Origin: Octopus bimaculoides
Lineage: Eukaryota
Direction of reading: 5' to 3'
Assembly: GCF_001194135.2 (NCBI RefSeq)
Contig: NC_069001.1
Span: forward strand, 33,199,955 to 33,263,954
DNA: 64,000 nt
Shown here: piece by piece, positions 51,420 through 64,000 of the stretch
How the letters are laid out: each line of letters starts with the position of its first letter
Numbering within the stretch: the first letter of the stretch is position 1
Program-made: the position numbers and the translations under genes
Notes under the pieces: model-generated
Told to the model about the DNA's origin: nothing
Database searches by the model: none
The model's input: only the letters and a program-made list of their open reading frames with translations

Positions 51420-52676
51420 CATACATGCATATACATACATATATATATACATACATGCATATACATACATATATATATATACATACATGCATATACATAC
51501 ATATATATATATACATACATGCATATACATATATATACATACACATATATGCATATACACATATATGCATATACATATATATACATACACATATATGCAT
51601 ATACATATATACACATACATATANNNNNNNNNNNNNNNNNNNNNNNNNNNNNNNNNNNNNNNNNNNNNNNNNNNNNNNNNNNNNNNNNNNNNNNNNNNNN
51701 NNNNNNNNNNNNNNNNNNNNNNNNNNNNNNNNNNNNNNNNNNNNNNNNNNNNNNNNNNNNNNNNNNNNATATATATATACATACATACACACACACATAT
51801 ATATATATATTATATGGACACAGAAAGAGAAACAACACACTTCCAACAAAGCACTGAACACTTTTATGGTTTTGTACCAGAACAATTACACACAAATATA
51901 TATATATACACACACATACACGTATGTATGTGTATGTGTATATGTTATGTAAGAAGCAAGTCTGTGAACAATGGAGCTGTTGGTTATTAGTTTTCCCAAT
52001 TGACCAACCATTCTTCATTACATTTGCTCTTGTCACCACTTGTTATTCCTTTAGAATGATTCCAATATTCAACATGTAATATTCACTTTGTGTCATTTAT
52101 TAAGTTTGTTATACAGGTTTATTGTTCATTCTGTTTTATTGTTATTTTGTTTTGTGCTTTATTTGTTTTTTCTTTATTTTATGTATGTTAAAAAAAAACA
52201 GTAAAATATTCCCAGTCGTAGGAGAGACTAGGGAATGCCAGTACAAACTGTAAAGTAGCTTTTGTTCAATTCAGTAACTTTTTTTCTTATCAATGTGCAT
52301 AGCTTTTGCCAGAATGTGCATGTATATATGAGCAGATATGTGAAGCAGAGATACTAATTTGAGACTAGTCCAACAGAGCTGACTATTGTGTTTTTACAAC
52401 TTTGACAACTTTTTCTCCATGTCAAACTGCAGTGAAAAGCCTTTACAGGTGCAAATATTTCTCAAACATATTTAAACTGTTTTTGAGTTTATATATACAT
52501 ACATAGATACAGTGAGAAAGAGGGAGAGAGAAAGAATGAGAGATGCATGATCAGTCAAGGACAGCAAATTAGAAGCTACTCACACACGTGTGCACACAAA
52601 TATGTACATACATATATGAATACGTATATGCATGAATGCCGACATGCATGTATGTGTGTATGTATGTATATACATA

Positions 52677-52717
<41 letters not shown>

Positions 52718-53075
52718 TTGTTAGTGTCTTTGTATTTGCTGGCCTAGTACTCAAATTAGAAACCATTCTATGATATAAAATTCAGTATGTCACGTAGAGT
52801 GGACAGATATGTTTATTATATCAAAAATGACAGGCTGGGATGGTCATGCTTCTTTCTCAATATATATATATATATATAAACTTATATATCTATATATACG
52901 TGTATATACCCACACACATGATGGGCTTCTACACAGTTTCCCCCCTACCAAATTCCCTCATGAGGCATAGGTTAGCCTGAGCCAGAGCAGAAGACATTTG
53001 CTCAAGATACCATGCAGTGAGATTGAACTTAAAACCATGTGGTTATAAAGTGAGCTTCTTAACCACACAGCCAAG

Positions 53076-53106
<31 letters not shown>

Positions 53107-53895
53107 AATCAGAAGACCACAAGGATATGGCAGCAACCTGCTGAATACCATATAAACACAAAATTCTTCTTGTAACTGTTATTTAAAAGGATTATGTGAT
53201 TAGGGGATTAATGAGATTACTACAATATATCTATGTGATCTTTTAGGTAGAGTATATTTTTCTGGTTTCACTGCTCTTCAGCTCTAGATCATCCCTAATT
53301 GTCCCATGATCAAATAATATCCAGCATGACCATCTTGTACTGACAACAGTGTCAAACAACAGAGGTTTATGTACCAATTGGAGCATTCAAAACAATACAC
53401 CTAACTTAATTGGTCTGTTGACAAAGCCACTGTTAAAATAGTGATTGAAAGAAAATTAATTTGATAATCTATAAGATATAATCTATTATACAGCATTGAA
53501 AACTAATTAGTGACTTGTTGCTAAGATATGTTAACGACAGGAATTGAAGAATCAAGTCTTCAATTTTTCTCATTTAAAAATCAAAATAGAAAAGAGGAAA
53601 ACCAATTAACAAATTACGAAATTAATCTGTCAAGTTACCTTATTAACATATGGAGAGGATACATGTTTTGTTCTGTTAATGACATAAATAAATGATAAAG
53701 TGAATACAAATGAAGCTGGAGGAATCACAAAATTTATAAAATCAATTCATTGAGACACCAAACTTCCACCACCCTCAACACCCACCACCTGCACTGAAGT
53801 GTTCAAAGTTAAATGCAAATCTAGGAATGAAATCTCATTATTGAGAGATATCAGATTTCAATAGATAAACATGTCTTTTATGATGAAGTTGAAAT

Positions 53896-55925
53896 AAGGT
53901 GGAGAGCTAGCAGAATCGTTAGCATGCTGGAGAAAATGCTTGGCAGCAGTATCTAATTTTACATTCTGAGTTCAAATGCTGCTAGGGTTGATTGTGCCTC
54001 TCATCCTTTTGGGGGTCAATAAAATAAGTACCAGTTAAACACTGGGGTTGATGTAATTGACTTAACTCCCTCCCCTGAAATTGCTGGCCTTGTGCCAAAA
54101 TTTGAAACCATTATTACTTGAAAGATAAAGGTGGCAGGTTGGTAGAATTGTTAGCACATCGGGCGAAATGCTTAGCAGCATTTTGTCTGGCACTATGTTC
54201 TGAGTTCAAATTCCGCCGAGGTTGACTCTGCCTTTCATCCTTTCAGAGTCAATAAATTAAGTACCAGTTGCATAATGGGTTCGGTCTAATTGACTAGTCT
54301 CCACTCTCCCAAAATTTCAGGCCTTGTGCCTAGAGTAGAAAGGATTTTTACCTGAAAGATATTAGATTTCAGTTGATGCTTAGTGACATTTCTTTTGGCT
54401 TTATGTTCTGAGTTCAATTTCTGTTAAGGAAAAGCTTTACTTTTCATCCCTTCTGGGCCCATAAAATAGGTACCAGTTGAGCACTGGGGTTGATGTAGTT
54501 GGATCTTTCCCTCAAAGTTTCAAACTTTGTGGCTATAACAGAAAGAATTATTAAGTTGAAAGGAAGGCTGCCAGTTGGCAGAATCATTGGAGCTTTGGAT
54601 AAAATACCTTGTGGAATTTGTTCTGACTCCTTACATTCTGAGTTCAGTTCCTACCAAGGTCAACTTTGCCTTTCATCTTTCCAGGGTCAATAAAACGTAC
54701 CACTTGTTAAGTACTGATGTCAATGGGTTTGACTAACCCCCTTCCCACAAAATTTGGTGACCTTGACTCAATCAAGAGTAGGGAGAGGATCCATTTAATC
54801 CACTGTGCTCTACTCTAAACTCAAATACTTCCAGGCAAGGGATAACTTAGTTATATTGATCCCAATACATAACTGGTACCTTATCTATCAATCCTAGAAG
54901 ATTTAAAACCAAAGCAGACCTTTATAGGAGTTTAACAAACTTGTGCTAATAATAGAAATATTTATCGTAACTTCTGATAGAAGAGTGAAATGAAATAGTA
55001 ATAATTCATTATTAGTGACAGAAGCAGTATTAGTACCAAATAGCAGCCTGTATAGCTTAGTTAATGTGGATACACAGATTGCTAAAACAGTAATATTGGT
55101 TTCAAATTTTTGACACAAGGCCAGCAATTTCAGGGGAAGGGGTAAGTCAATTACATCAACCTCAGTGTTCAACTTATATTTTACTGACCCCCGAGAGGAT
55201 GAAAGGTAAAGTCAATCTTGGCAGAGTTAGAACTCAGAACATCAAGATGCATGAAATGCTGCTAAGCAGTTTGCCCAGTGTGCTAATGATTCTGCAATCT
55301 GATCGCTTTATGCTAAAACAGTAATATGGAGTTTAATTTGGCTGCATTCTGAATTGGAAACACAACAGGTTAAAATTTGCTTTCCATCCTTCTAGTGGTG
55401 GTGGCAGTAGGGGTGGAAGCTGCAACAGCTGTAGTAATGGGAAAGTGGCAGCAGTGGTGGTAGTGGTGAGGGATCAATAAATTTAGTAGCAACTCATCAG
55501 ACACAGAACTGATTGAATTAAGAATGGCAAAAATCGTTAGTGAGTCAGAAAAATTGCATTACAATACTTAGATATGCCTCTTTATATCACAAGTTCAAAT
55601 TCCACTGAGGTTAACTTTTCCTGAGGTTAATCTTTCTGGGCTGATGACTGATAAAACATCAGTCAAGCAAAGGGATCCATTATTTGTTTTATATCCCTAG
55701 AATGCACCAAGAATGTGAAAGTAATAATGGTTTCAAACTTTGACATAGGGCCAGCAGTTTTTGAGGGGAGGGGGAAGTTGATTACATCGACCTCAGTACT
55801 TGACTGGTACTTATTTTATTGACCCTGAAATGATGAAAGGTAAAGTTGATCTCAGAAAGTAAAGAGAGATAAAATGTCACTAAGCATTCTATTTGGTGTG
55901 CCAATGGTTCTGCCAGCTCAGTGCC
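53896..55925. mobile_element. Cluster of about 7 SINE family A copies (four + at 53896-54770, - at 55097-55310 and 55728-55925, partial + near 55510)
   Basis: Repeated family A motifs. The minus copy is flanked by a 17-bp TSD TGCTAAAACAGTAATAT at 55080-55096 and 55311-55327. Confidence 0.88.
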
Positions 55926-57433
55926 TTAAGATGTGAAGATAATTATAACAGATAACAAGCGTTGGTCATCATCATCATCCTTTTAACATCTACTTTTCCA
56001 TGCTTACATGGGCTAAGTTGGATACTTTCAGGCAGATTTTCTATGGCTAGATGCCCTTCCTCTCACCATCCCTCAACTGTTCCCTGTAACTTAACATATT
56101 TTCATGGAAAACTAGAAATGAATGGCACTATATGTATGATGTAGATACTCATTTACAATATTCCAGAATGTTAAGATGAGGACATACACACACATGAGGT
56201 TCTTTCAGTTTCTACCTACCAAATCCACTTAAAAGGCTTTGGCCAACCGGGGCTGCAGTAAAAGGTGTCACACTGTGGGACTGAACCGGAAACCAAATGG
56301 TTGGGAAGCAAACTTCTTAACCATACAGCCATGTCTGCACCTAGCTATAGCTGTGCCTTTGTGCAAATGTAAAATAAAGCAGAAATCAGTTACAGATTTC
56401 CACAGCTCCCAACAGTCATAAACTCTCTTTCCAGCCCCTTATTTACATTCAATCAATTGTACCATTGAGAGTCTGTCTTCACCAAGGACAAAATATAATG
56501 CTGATGGTTAAACATTAAATGTTCGTTTTGATTGATCGAGTGTCTGCTCTGGTATCGCAGAGTCCACAGTTTTATTCATGATTACTAAGTAAAATATATA
56601 AATAGTGTCTATTATTGAGCAAGATATTTAGATATTGTATTTATGATACATGTCTACATGACCCAGCTCTATTCAACATGTATGTTGTTGGACAAGTTAG
56701 AGTGGAGAAACAAACAAAAAGATCAGATGATAAGGAATAGAAATAGGTCCATAGCCAGATAATTTAAAGTCAACAGTGACTATAAAAGTCTGGAGTATAA
56801 AGAAAAAAAGACATTCAAAATACATGTAAGAGGAAAAATTCTCTTTGTTTTCATTCAATAGAATTTTTTGGTGAACATTTAATCAAATATTTGTTCTGAT
56901 TTCATAACAGAATGGGAAAGTAGACTTTAAACATAGCTAGATCTACCTTATTATTGTGTCAGTTCAGTAAACTCTTAACTGTCTCTTGTTGATCTTAATT
57001 ACATCAAAGTGGTGGTAGATGTTATCTAACCACCAACTTGGCACTGGTTGAGCAAACTAAATTACTCCAACCATGACAATCTCATCTGTTTATATTAAAA
57101 CCACATTGCTTAAAGTGTACTTTGTTTCCTAAAGCAGTAAGGAGTTATTTGAGAAAGATTTAGCTTTCATATCAAGGAGATTGAGAAACAATACAGAGGC
57201 TTTCTTTTTAACATCTAATCAAACAGTTTTCTTATGCGATGTGTTTTTCTGAAGCAGTCAGAGATGTTATTCTTCTTGGGTAAACTAAACTCTTCAGAAC
57301 ATATTTATTTTCAACAAAAACACAAATGAAACTGTTTGACATTTACATCTCTTATCCTCAATACTGAATATCGATAAACAAAAATCAAAACCAGCTTTCA
57401 TGTATGCACAGCTCGGTCTGACTGTTTGCCTGC

Positions 57434-57499
<66 letters not shown>

Positions 57500-57871
57500 T
57501 AAAACCGAGGCAGAGAACTTGTTATTCAAGTTTCATGCCACTGCCTGAAGATCACAACAGCATGAAACTTAAGCTGCAAGATAAGCTCTCAGTTTCAGTT
57601 TTAATAAAAGAAAAAATCATATCCTCTACATGTACTGAGCACTCCTTTCTCTCTTATCTAACATTATATGTATAAACCAAATCACATCACAGACATCACT
57701 CAAACCACATCAAAACACACACAACTTACAAAACTAAGAAATGACAATTAGCCAGTGAGAACCTGTGAGACAGTCAACCATTTGAAATTGTTTCTCCTCA
57801 GCTGTAAGTACCCTTCAGTCTAAGTGATAACAGATGGCAGGGCATTCATGCCATCAGACTATGGCATCTGT

Positions 57872-57905
<34 letters not shown>

Positions 57906-59444
57906 NNNNNNNNNNNNNNNNNNNNNNNNNNNNNNNNNNNNNNNNNNNNNNNNNNNNNNNNNNNNNNNNNNNNNGTGTGTGTGTGTGTGTGTGTGTGTGC
58001 GTGCGTGCGTGCGTGAGTGTGTGTGTGTGTGTGTGCACATCTGATGAGGCCAACTGGTTGGCTCAGCTGATTACCCTACCACCATGATTTCCCGCCTTGA
58101 TACTGATATCATAATTTAAACTCAGGATGTACCTGACCCCACAAACCTATAATCAAAGATATTCCAGTAGTGGCCATCCATACTTATTGTTTTTAGATTG
58201 TGTGTATATGTAGAACCTCATTGTCCAAAATGAAAATTTTTTAAAGACAATAGCATGTGATTGGAAGGAAATTTGGCTGCTGTTTATTTCTAACAAGTCA
58301 ACTGACCATAGAGGAACTAATTTATTGGCTCAATTTTCTGACCATCTGGTTAGCTGCTATTTGTCCATTCATTATACTTTTTACACAATATGTCTTCAAA
58401 TCATTCATTAATTTTTAGTTGATTAAACTCTTCATCAGTAAAAAAAAACAAAAAAAAACTGATGTGATTATTTTGTTCTGCTTATTTATTCACACACAGG
58501 TGTGGATATAGGCACAGGTATGGCTATAGGATGCTGGTGAGGATAGATAAGTGCAGGCATGGCTGCGTGGTAAGAAGTTTGATTCCAAACCAATTGTAGA
58601 AAATCTACCTTGACAAATTTCATCCAACCCATGCAAGCATGGAAAAATGGATGTTAAATGATGATGATGAGGGTAATGATGATGAGGGTGATGGTGATGA
58701 CAGTCACACAAACATTGTTCAGTATTCATTTGTTTCATTACTAACATCTGTTTTTCCATGTCAGTATGTTTTAGATGGGAGGAAATTAAGACAGGATTGC
58801 TGTCAGCAGGAAATTGTGTAGACAGAAATTAATTTGAAATCAAACAGGTAGGCTTCACTTGTAATTCGAAGAACCAGCTTTATGACAGACTAAGCCACAC
58901 AGATTCTACCTGAGAATTATGATACAGGTGCCTGAAGAATATGCAGCCACGAATATTTGAATTTAATGTGTGGGTAGTATAGCTCCATTAATCAAACAAC
59001 TAGAACACACATTGTTGAAACCAATGGTGATCCATACGTGCAACAAACAAGTAGCAACTGCTATAGCATGCTCTTAACACTTTGCCTACCAAACTTATTT
59101 TGTGCTATATTTTCTTTTGCATCAGAAGTCTAATTCTATAAATTATGCATTTTACATAGATTCTTCTTCTCTATATAAACTACCAAATTGATTTATCACC
59201 TGAGCATCGCCAGTGACTCCTGCAGTACAGAACAAATATCAAATTCATCAGGTACCACAGGAGTCACTGATGATCCTATCCTATCCAGGACTTCATCATT
59301 CCTGAAGCTGGATCCTCTCCTTGGACTCTTTTCATAGGATGAAGGCACATGGCTTAGTGGTTAGAGTGTTGGACCAATGGCTGTAAGATTGTAGTTTCGA
59401 TCTCTGGATCGGGCAATCTGATCATCTCTAAACCAGGATTCATC

Positions 59445-60304
59445 TTAACCTTTTTGCATTCAGCTTTGTCTGTCAAATTTGTTGCTTATTTATTCATATT
59501 GCTTTGAATTTATCCAGCATTAGCTTGTAGCTTTGAGATTTTGATGATGTGATTGTTTATTTTTATAATGACACTGTAGTGTAGGTGTGAGAAGCTTGAT
59601 CTGGTCAGTTTGAACATAAAACAGACGGAATATTTTGGCCAATTATGGCCAGTTTGAATGCAAAAGGGTTAATCCTTTTGATACAAACCCACCTGAGACC
59701 ATTCCTAGATCTAGCATACAAATTCCATTCTAATTGAACCTAAATTATAAAACTCCCATTAAAATTTCAGCTCAGTTTATCTTCCAAACACCAGGTTGAT
59801 AATTACAAAACCATTTTATTAAATTCTTCTTTATTTTCAAAATTAATTAACATGAAAGCAGTGTATATCAACAGAAATATGGCACCTATAGAGTTAGACA
59901 CCTGTTGTCTTGAAGCAAGACATAATTTACAAATTTAAGAAAACACCGGTTTTTGTTTTTATATACTTGTTATATAAATATAGTAGAATATAATATCATC
60001 TATGTTGTAAGTAAATCCATTTCAAATGAATAGTAAAATTATATTTGACACCACATTAGTTCATACAAAATAACTTAATCCTTTTGTTACCATATTTCTG
60101 TTGAGATGCTCTATGTTTCTTTCAATTAATTTTAAATATAACAAAAAATTTAGTAGAATAACTTAGTTATAATTAAGCTAGTGTTAGGAACATAAATTGT
60201 GAGTAAGGTTTGGTGGAAGATTTTAATTCAGAACTTATGCAAACAAGACATTTGTACTACAGAGCCAAAGGTGGTTTCAGCTGGGTAGGTGTCAAAAGGG
60301 TTAA
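59445..60304. mobile_element. Cluster of three TTAA MITEs (family 1, then two oppositely oriented family 2 copies)
   Basis: Shared TTAA at 59669-59672. 59669-59897 and 60075-60304 are inverted relative to each other. Confidence 0.8.
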
Positions 60305-60489
60305 GCGATGTTACTAATATTCATATTATGCCAGCGGGGCACATTTCATGCATTTTATGGCAGGTAGTTGACAGAGATTTGCCATGATTTGAAATGAATT
60401 GGCCTAAAGTTTAATAAGCAAGACTGTTATAGTCAATTTTTTACAGCCTCGACACAGTAGTTCATTCTACTGACTTTAGAAAGGAAGAA

Positions 60490-60688
60490 TATAAGGGGCT
60501 GCTAAAAAAATTCCTGGCTTTGGGTAAATTATGATTTCATTCAACATAATCCCCGCTCAGATTCACACACTTATTGCAGTGGTCCTTCAGCTTTTCTAAC
60601 CCTGTAAAAAAGAACTTGGAAATTTGGACCTCTAACCAGGCCTTTCGTGATACCCTTAAAGCCAGGAACTTTTCAGCACCCCCTCGTA
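60490..60688 (-). mobile_element. Mariner-type MITE (same family as 21358)
   Basis: TIRs TATAAGGGGCTGCTAAAAAAATTCCTGGC / GCCAGGAACTTTTCAGCACCCCCTCGTA. Confidence 0.85.
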
Positions 60689-61074
60689 CATAATCTTAGA
60701 TACAAAATGGATACGGTAAAACAGAGGATATTCACAAATGGAATTCTTTTGATCAGAGATCTGCTTTAGTAGGGCCAGTGAGGGGCTAATCAACAAAAAG
60801 ATCAAACTCACACATTTGAGGTAGTTGTTAGGAAAGAATGGAGTAAAACATGAGTACAAGCCCTGGCTCTATGTGGTTAAGAAGTTCACTTCTCAACCAT
60901 GTGGTTTTGGGTTCAGTCCCAATGCATGGCACTCTTACTGTCTTCTACTATAGCTTCAGGCTGACCACCAAAGCATTGTGGGTGGATCTGGTAGACAGAA
61001 ACTGGTAGAAGCACATCGTCACTGTGTGTATGTGTGTGTGTGCATGCATGTGTGTGTGTGTCTAAAGAGAAAGA

Positions 61075-61229
61075 CAGACAGACAGATAGATTGATGGATG
61101 GATATCTAAGCATGTGTTTTTAGAGATAGACAGATAGATAGATAAAGATAAATATAGAGATAGATAGATAGATAGATAGATAGATAAATATAGAGATAGA
61201 TAGATAGATAGATAGATAGATAAATATAG

Positions 61230-61279
<50 letters not shown>

Positions 61280-61293
61280 ATATAGAGATAGAT

Positions 61294-61336
<43 letters not shown>

Positions 61337-61548
61337 AATAGATAGATAAATAGATAGATAAATAGATAGATAAATAGATAGATAAATAGATAGATAAATA
61401 GATAGATAGATAAATAGATAGATAAATAGATAGATAAATAGATAGATAAATAGATAGATAAATAGATAGATAAATAGATAGATAAATAGATAGATAAATA
61501 GATAGATAATAGATAGATAATAGATAGATAGATAGATAGATAGATAGA
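61075..61548. repeat. (GATA)n satellite with GATAGATAAATA 12-bp variant
   Basis: Direct inspection; source of the IYLS/IYLF ORF 61106-61567. Confidence 0.97.
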
Positions 61549-62055
61549 CTGTTACAATAACTGGCACTTTACATCTGGTTATTCAGATTTCATATTCCTG
61601 GTCATTAGGCTAGATACAAAGTGCAGTACAGGTGATTTGTTGTTCAGAATTAATAGGTAAGTGTATAATAAGTCCGAAGGGGGACAGCAGACAGTTGATG
61701 GAAAAGAAAAGCAAAGAGGGAGAAAAGAGAGAAAATCGTACGTTTCTTGATAGTCTTCGGGAGAAGAGGTTATTGGTACTTATATGCTGGTTGACCTTTG
61801 GAATTAAACTGAGAATTGATGATAAATTGTGAGGTTGCTAAGTGCATGATCAGAAGTTCATATTCACTCTGGTTATCTGCATTTCTGCATAATTTTGAAG
61901 TAATGAGTATTATAAGTAGGCTGTTTTCTTGTTAACATCAGAGACACCATAGAGCTTATCTATTGAAGGTAAATAAAGTGCTTGGTGATGAATAAAAATT
62001 AATTAAATAATTATGTGATTATAGACATAAGGTAATAATAATAATGATGATGATG

Positions 62056-62352
62056 ATGAAAACTGTAAAGGTTGTGCATATGATAATTGGTGCATAGGGA
62101 ACTGTAAGCAAAAATATAGACAAATGGTTGAAGGAAATTGAAATAGAATGTCTTGTAGAGCTTCTAAAGAAAGTTTGGTGGTTAGGGACAGAAACAATTA
62201 TCAGGAGGGTTGTAAGCACTCGAAAGACTACTGAAAGCTAGTGGATACCTAAGATTACAGTTAGTAAATCCACTACCCACATAAATCCTACGAGGAATAA
62301 GACCGAGCCTGAGTCATATTATTATCAATAATAATAATAATAATAATAATAA
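62056..62352 (+). mobile_element. 5'-truncated R4/Dong-type LINE (restriction-like endonuclease C-terminus) within (TAA)n
   Basis: VKVVHMIIGA*GTVSKNIDKWLKEIEIECLVELLKKVWWLGTETIIRRVV matches the VxPIVIGALGT...LQKxxLLGTxxILRRVL terminus of R4/Dong ORFs. TAA repeats on both sides. Confidence 0.85.
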
Positions 62353-62753
62353 CTGTTTCTGATTTAGCTACAAGGTTAGCAATTTTGAGAAGTGGGGTTA
62401 AATTCCCTATCATCAACTTCTGACCTTGGAAAGTTAAATGATGAAGTGGACCTGGGCAGGTCGAAGATATTCACCAGAAATGCTACCAAGCAGTTTGTCT
62501 GGCATGGTGAGGACTCTGCTAGCTCACTGCCCTCCACTGCCTTGTCATAAATATTGGTCTCAAATTTTGGCAGAAGGCCAGCAATTTTCTAAGAGAGGAA
62601 TAGTCAGTTATATTGACCCCAGTATTCAATTGATACTTTATTTTATCGACCCCAATAGGATGAAAAGCAATTGAACTCAGAACACGAAGATTTACTAAAT
62701 GCCACCAAGCATTTTGTCTGGTGGGTTAATGATTCTGCCAGCTTACCACCTTA
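62353..62753 (-). mobile_element. Two tandem SINE family A copies
   Basis: Reverse-complement family A tails and heads at 62353-62535 and 62556-62753. Confidence 0.8.
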
Positions 62754-63238
62754 TAACAAATAATAACAAACATTCTAGAAGAGAGGTGAACTGAAATGTT
62801 TCTAACAGGGCTATTATGGATCATGTAATATTCAAGTATTCCATTGCCTGCCTCTTGTTGTTTCTGCTGTTAACACGGCTGTAAACATGTAAACAGCATG
62901 ATTCTGGGAACAACAAAGTGGTATATAATAGATAAATAAATAAATAAGCAATTTTATTTGAAGTAGAAAAGACACTTGCAAGGTATTTAACAGTGTAACA
63001 TTTCTCCGTGGTGCTTGGTGAATAAAGCAATTTCATTTTCTGGTAACAGAGCTGGTGAAGCATGCGGTAGTAGTAGTAGTAATAGTGGTGGTGATGGTTG
63101 TTGTAGTAGTAGTAGAAATGGTGACTGTTTTGTAGAGTGAAACAAACACAATTTAGATGAATTGAAATGTTAAATAATTCAGCTGCAATATATATATTTG
63201 TATATATATATATATGTGTATATATGTGTGTGTATATA

Positions 63239-63286
<48 letters not shown>

Positions 63287-63379
63287 AAAAAAAGACAAAA
63301 CACAATAACAAAAAACAACAACGTGAGGACGTGATACGGATAGTGTTATTAGACGCTCGGGAAAGGAAAGAGAGAGAGA

Positions 63380-63414
63380 GTATGACGTTTCGGGCGGAGC
63401 CCTTCATCGGACAC
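63380..63414 (-). ncRNA. Minimal type I hammerhead ribozyme motif (Penelope pLTR/retrozyme style)
   Basis: Minus strand GTGT-CCGATGA-A-GGGC-TCC-GCCC-GAAAC-GTC-ATAC: 4-bp stems I and II, palindromic ACGT stem III, GUC cleavage triplet. Core has a U4>C variant. Confidence 0.85.
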
Positions 63415-63464
63415 AAGGAATGTTCAAAGAATGGAAAAACGGAGAAAGAAAAAATAAAAAACCG

Positions 63465-64000
<536 letters not shown>

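Noticed and set aside
61733-61775. Possible hammerhead on the minus strand (CCGAAGA...GAAACGTA)
   Set aside because: Core and GAAAC-GTA are present but neither stem I nor stem II pairs; cannot be supported without a consensus.

Overview
Eukaryotic, AT-rich, microsatellite-saturated DNA from a gapped scaffold with 12 N-runs, most of them bordered by (TA)n/(TG)n/(GA)n tracts. The repeat landscape looks like an octopus (coleoid cephalopod) genome; this is inferred from repeat style, not from a database hit. No protein-coding gene can be named with confidence. Almost all listed ORFs are microsatellite or N-gap artefacts or retroelement/transposon debris, and only a few weak exon candidates remain (3800-4029 +, 8054-8104 -, 34752-34979 +). 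Recognisable elements are an internally deleted mariner, a piggyBac remnant, RTE-type and R4/Dong-type LINE fragments, several tRNA-derived SINE families, and TTAA- and TA-flanked MITEs. No CRISPR array, rRNA gene or intact tRNA gene was found. The most notable observations are: (1) type I hammerhead-ribozyme motifs (one near-canonical, three degenerate, several half motifs), each pointing its post-cleavage 3' end into a microsatellite, consistent with Penelope-pLTR/retrozyme-like elements; (2) a U6 snRNA 3'-half fused directly to a 5'-truncated RTE LINE; (3) a near-perfect ~240 bp foldback palindrome; (4) a SINE flanked by ~200 bp direct repeats; (5) a SINE dimer bounded by a single 15 bp target-site duplication.
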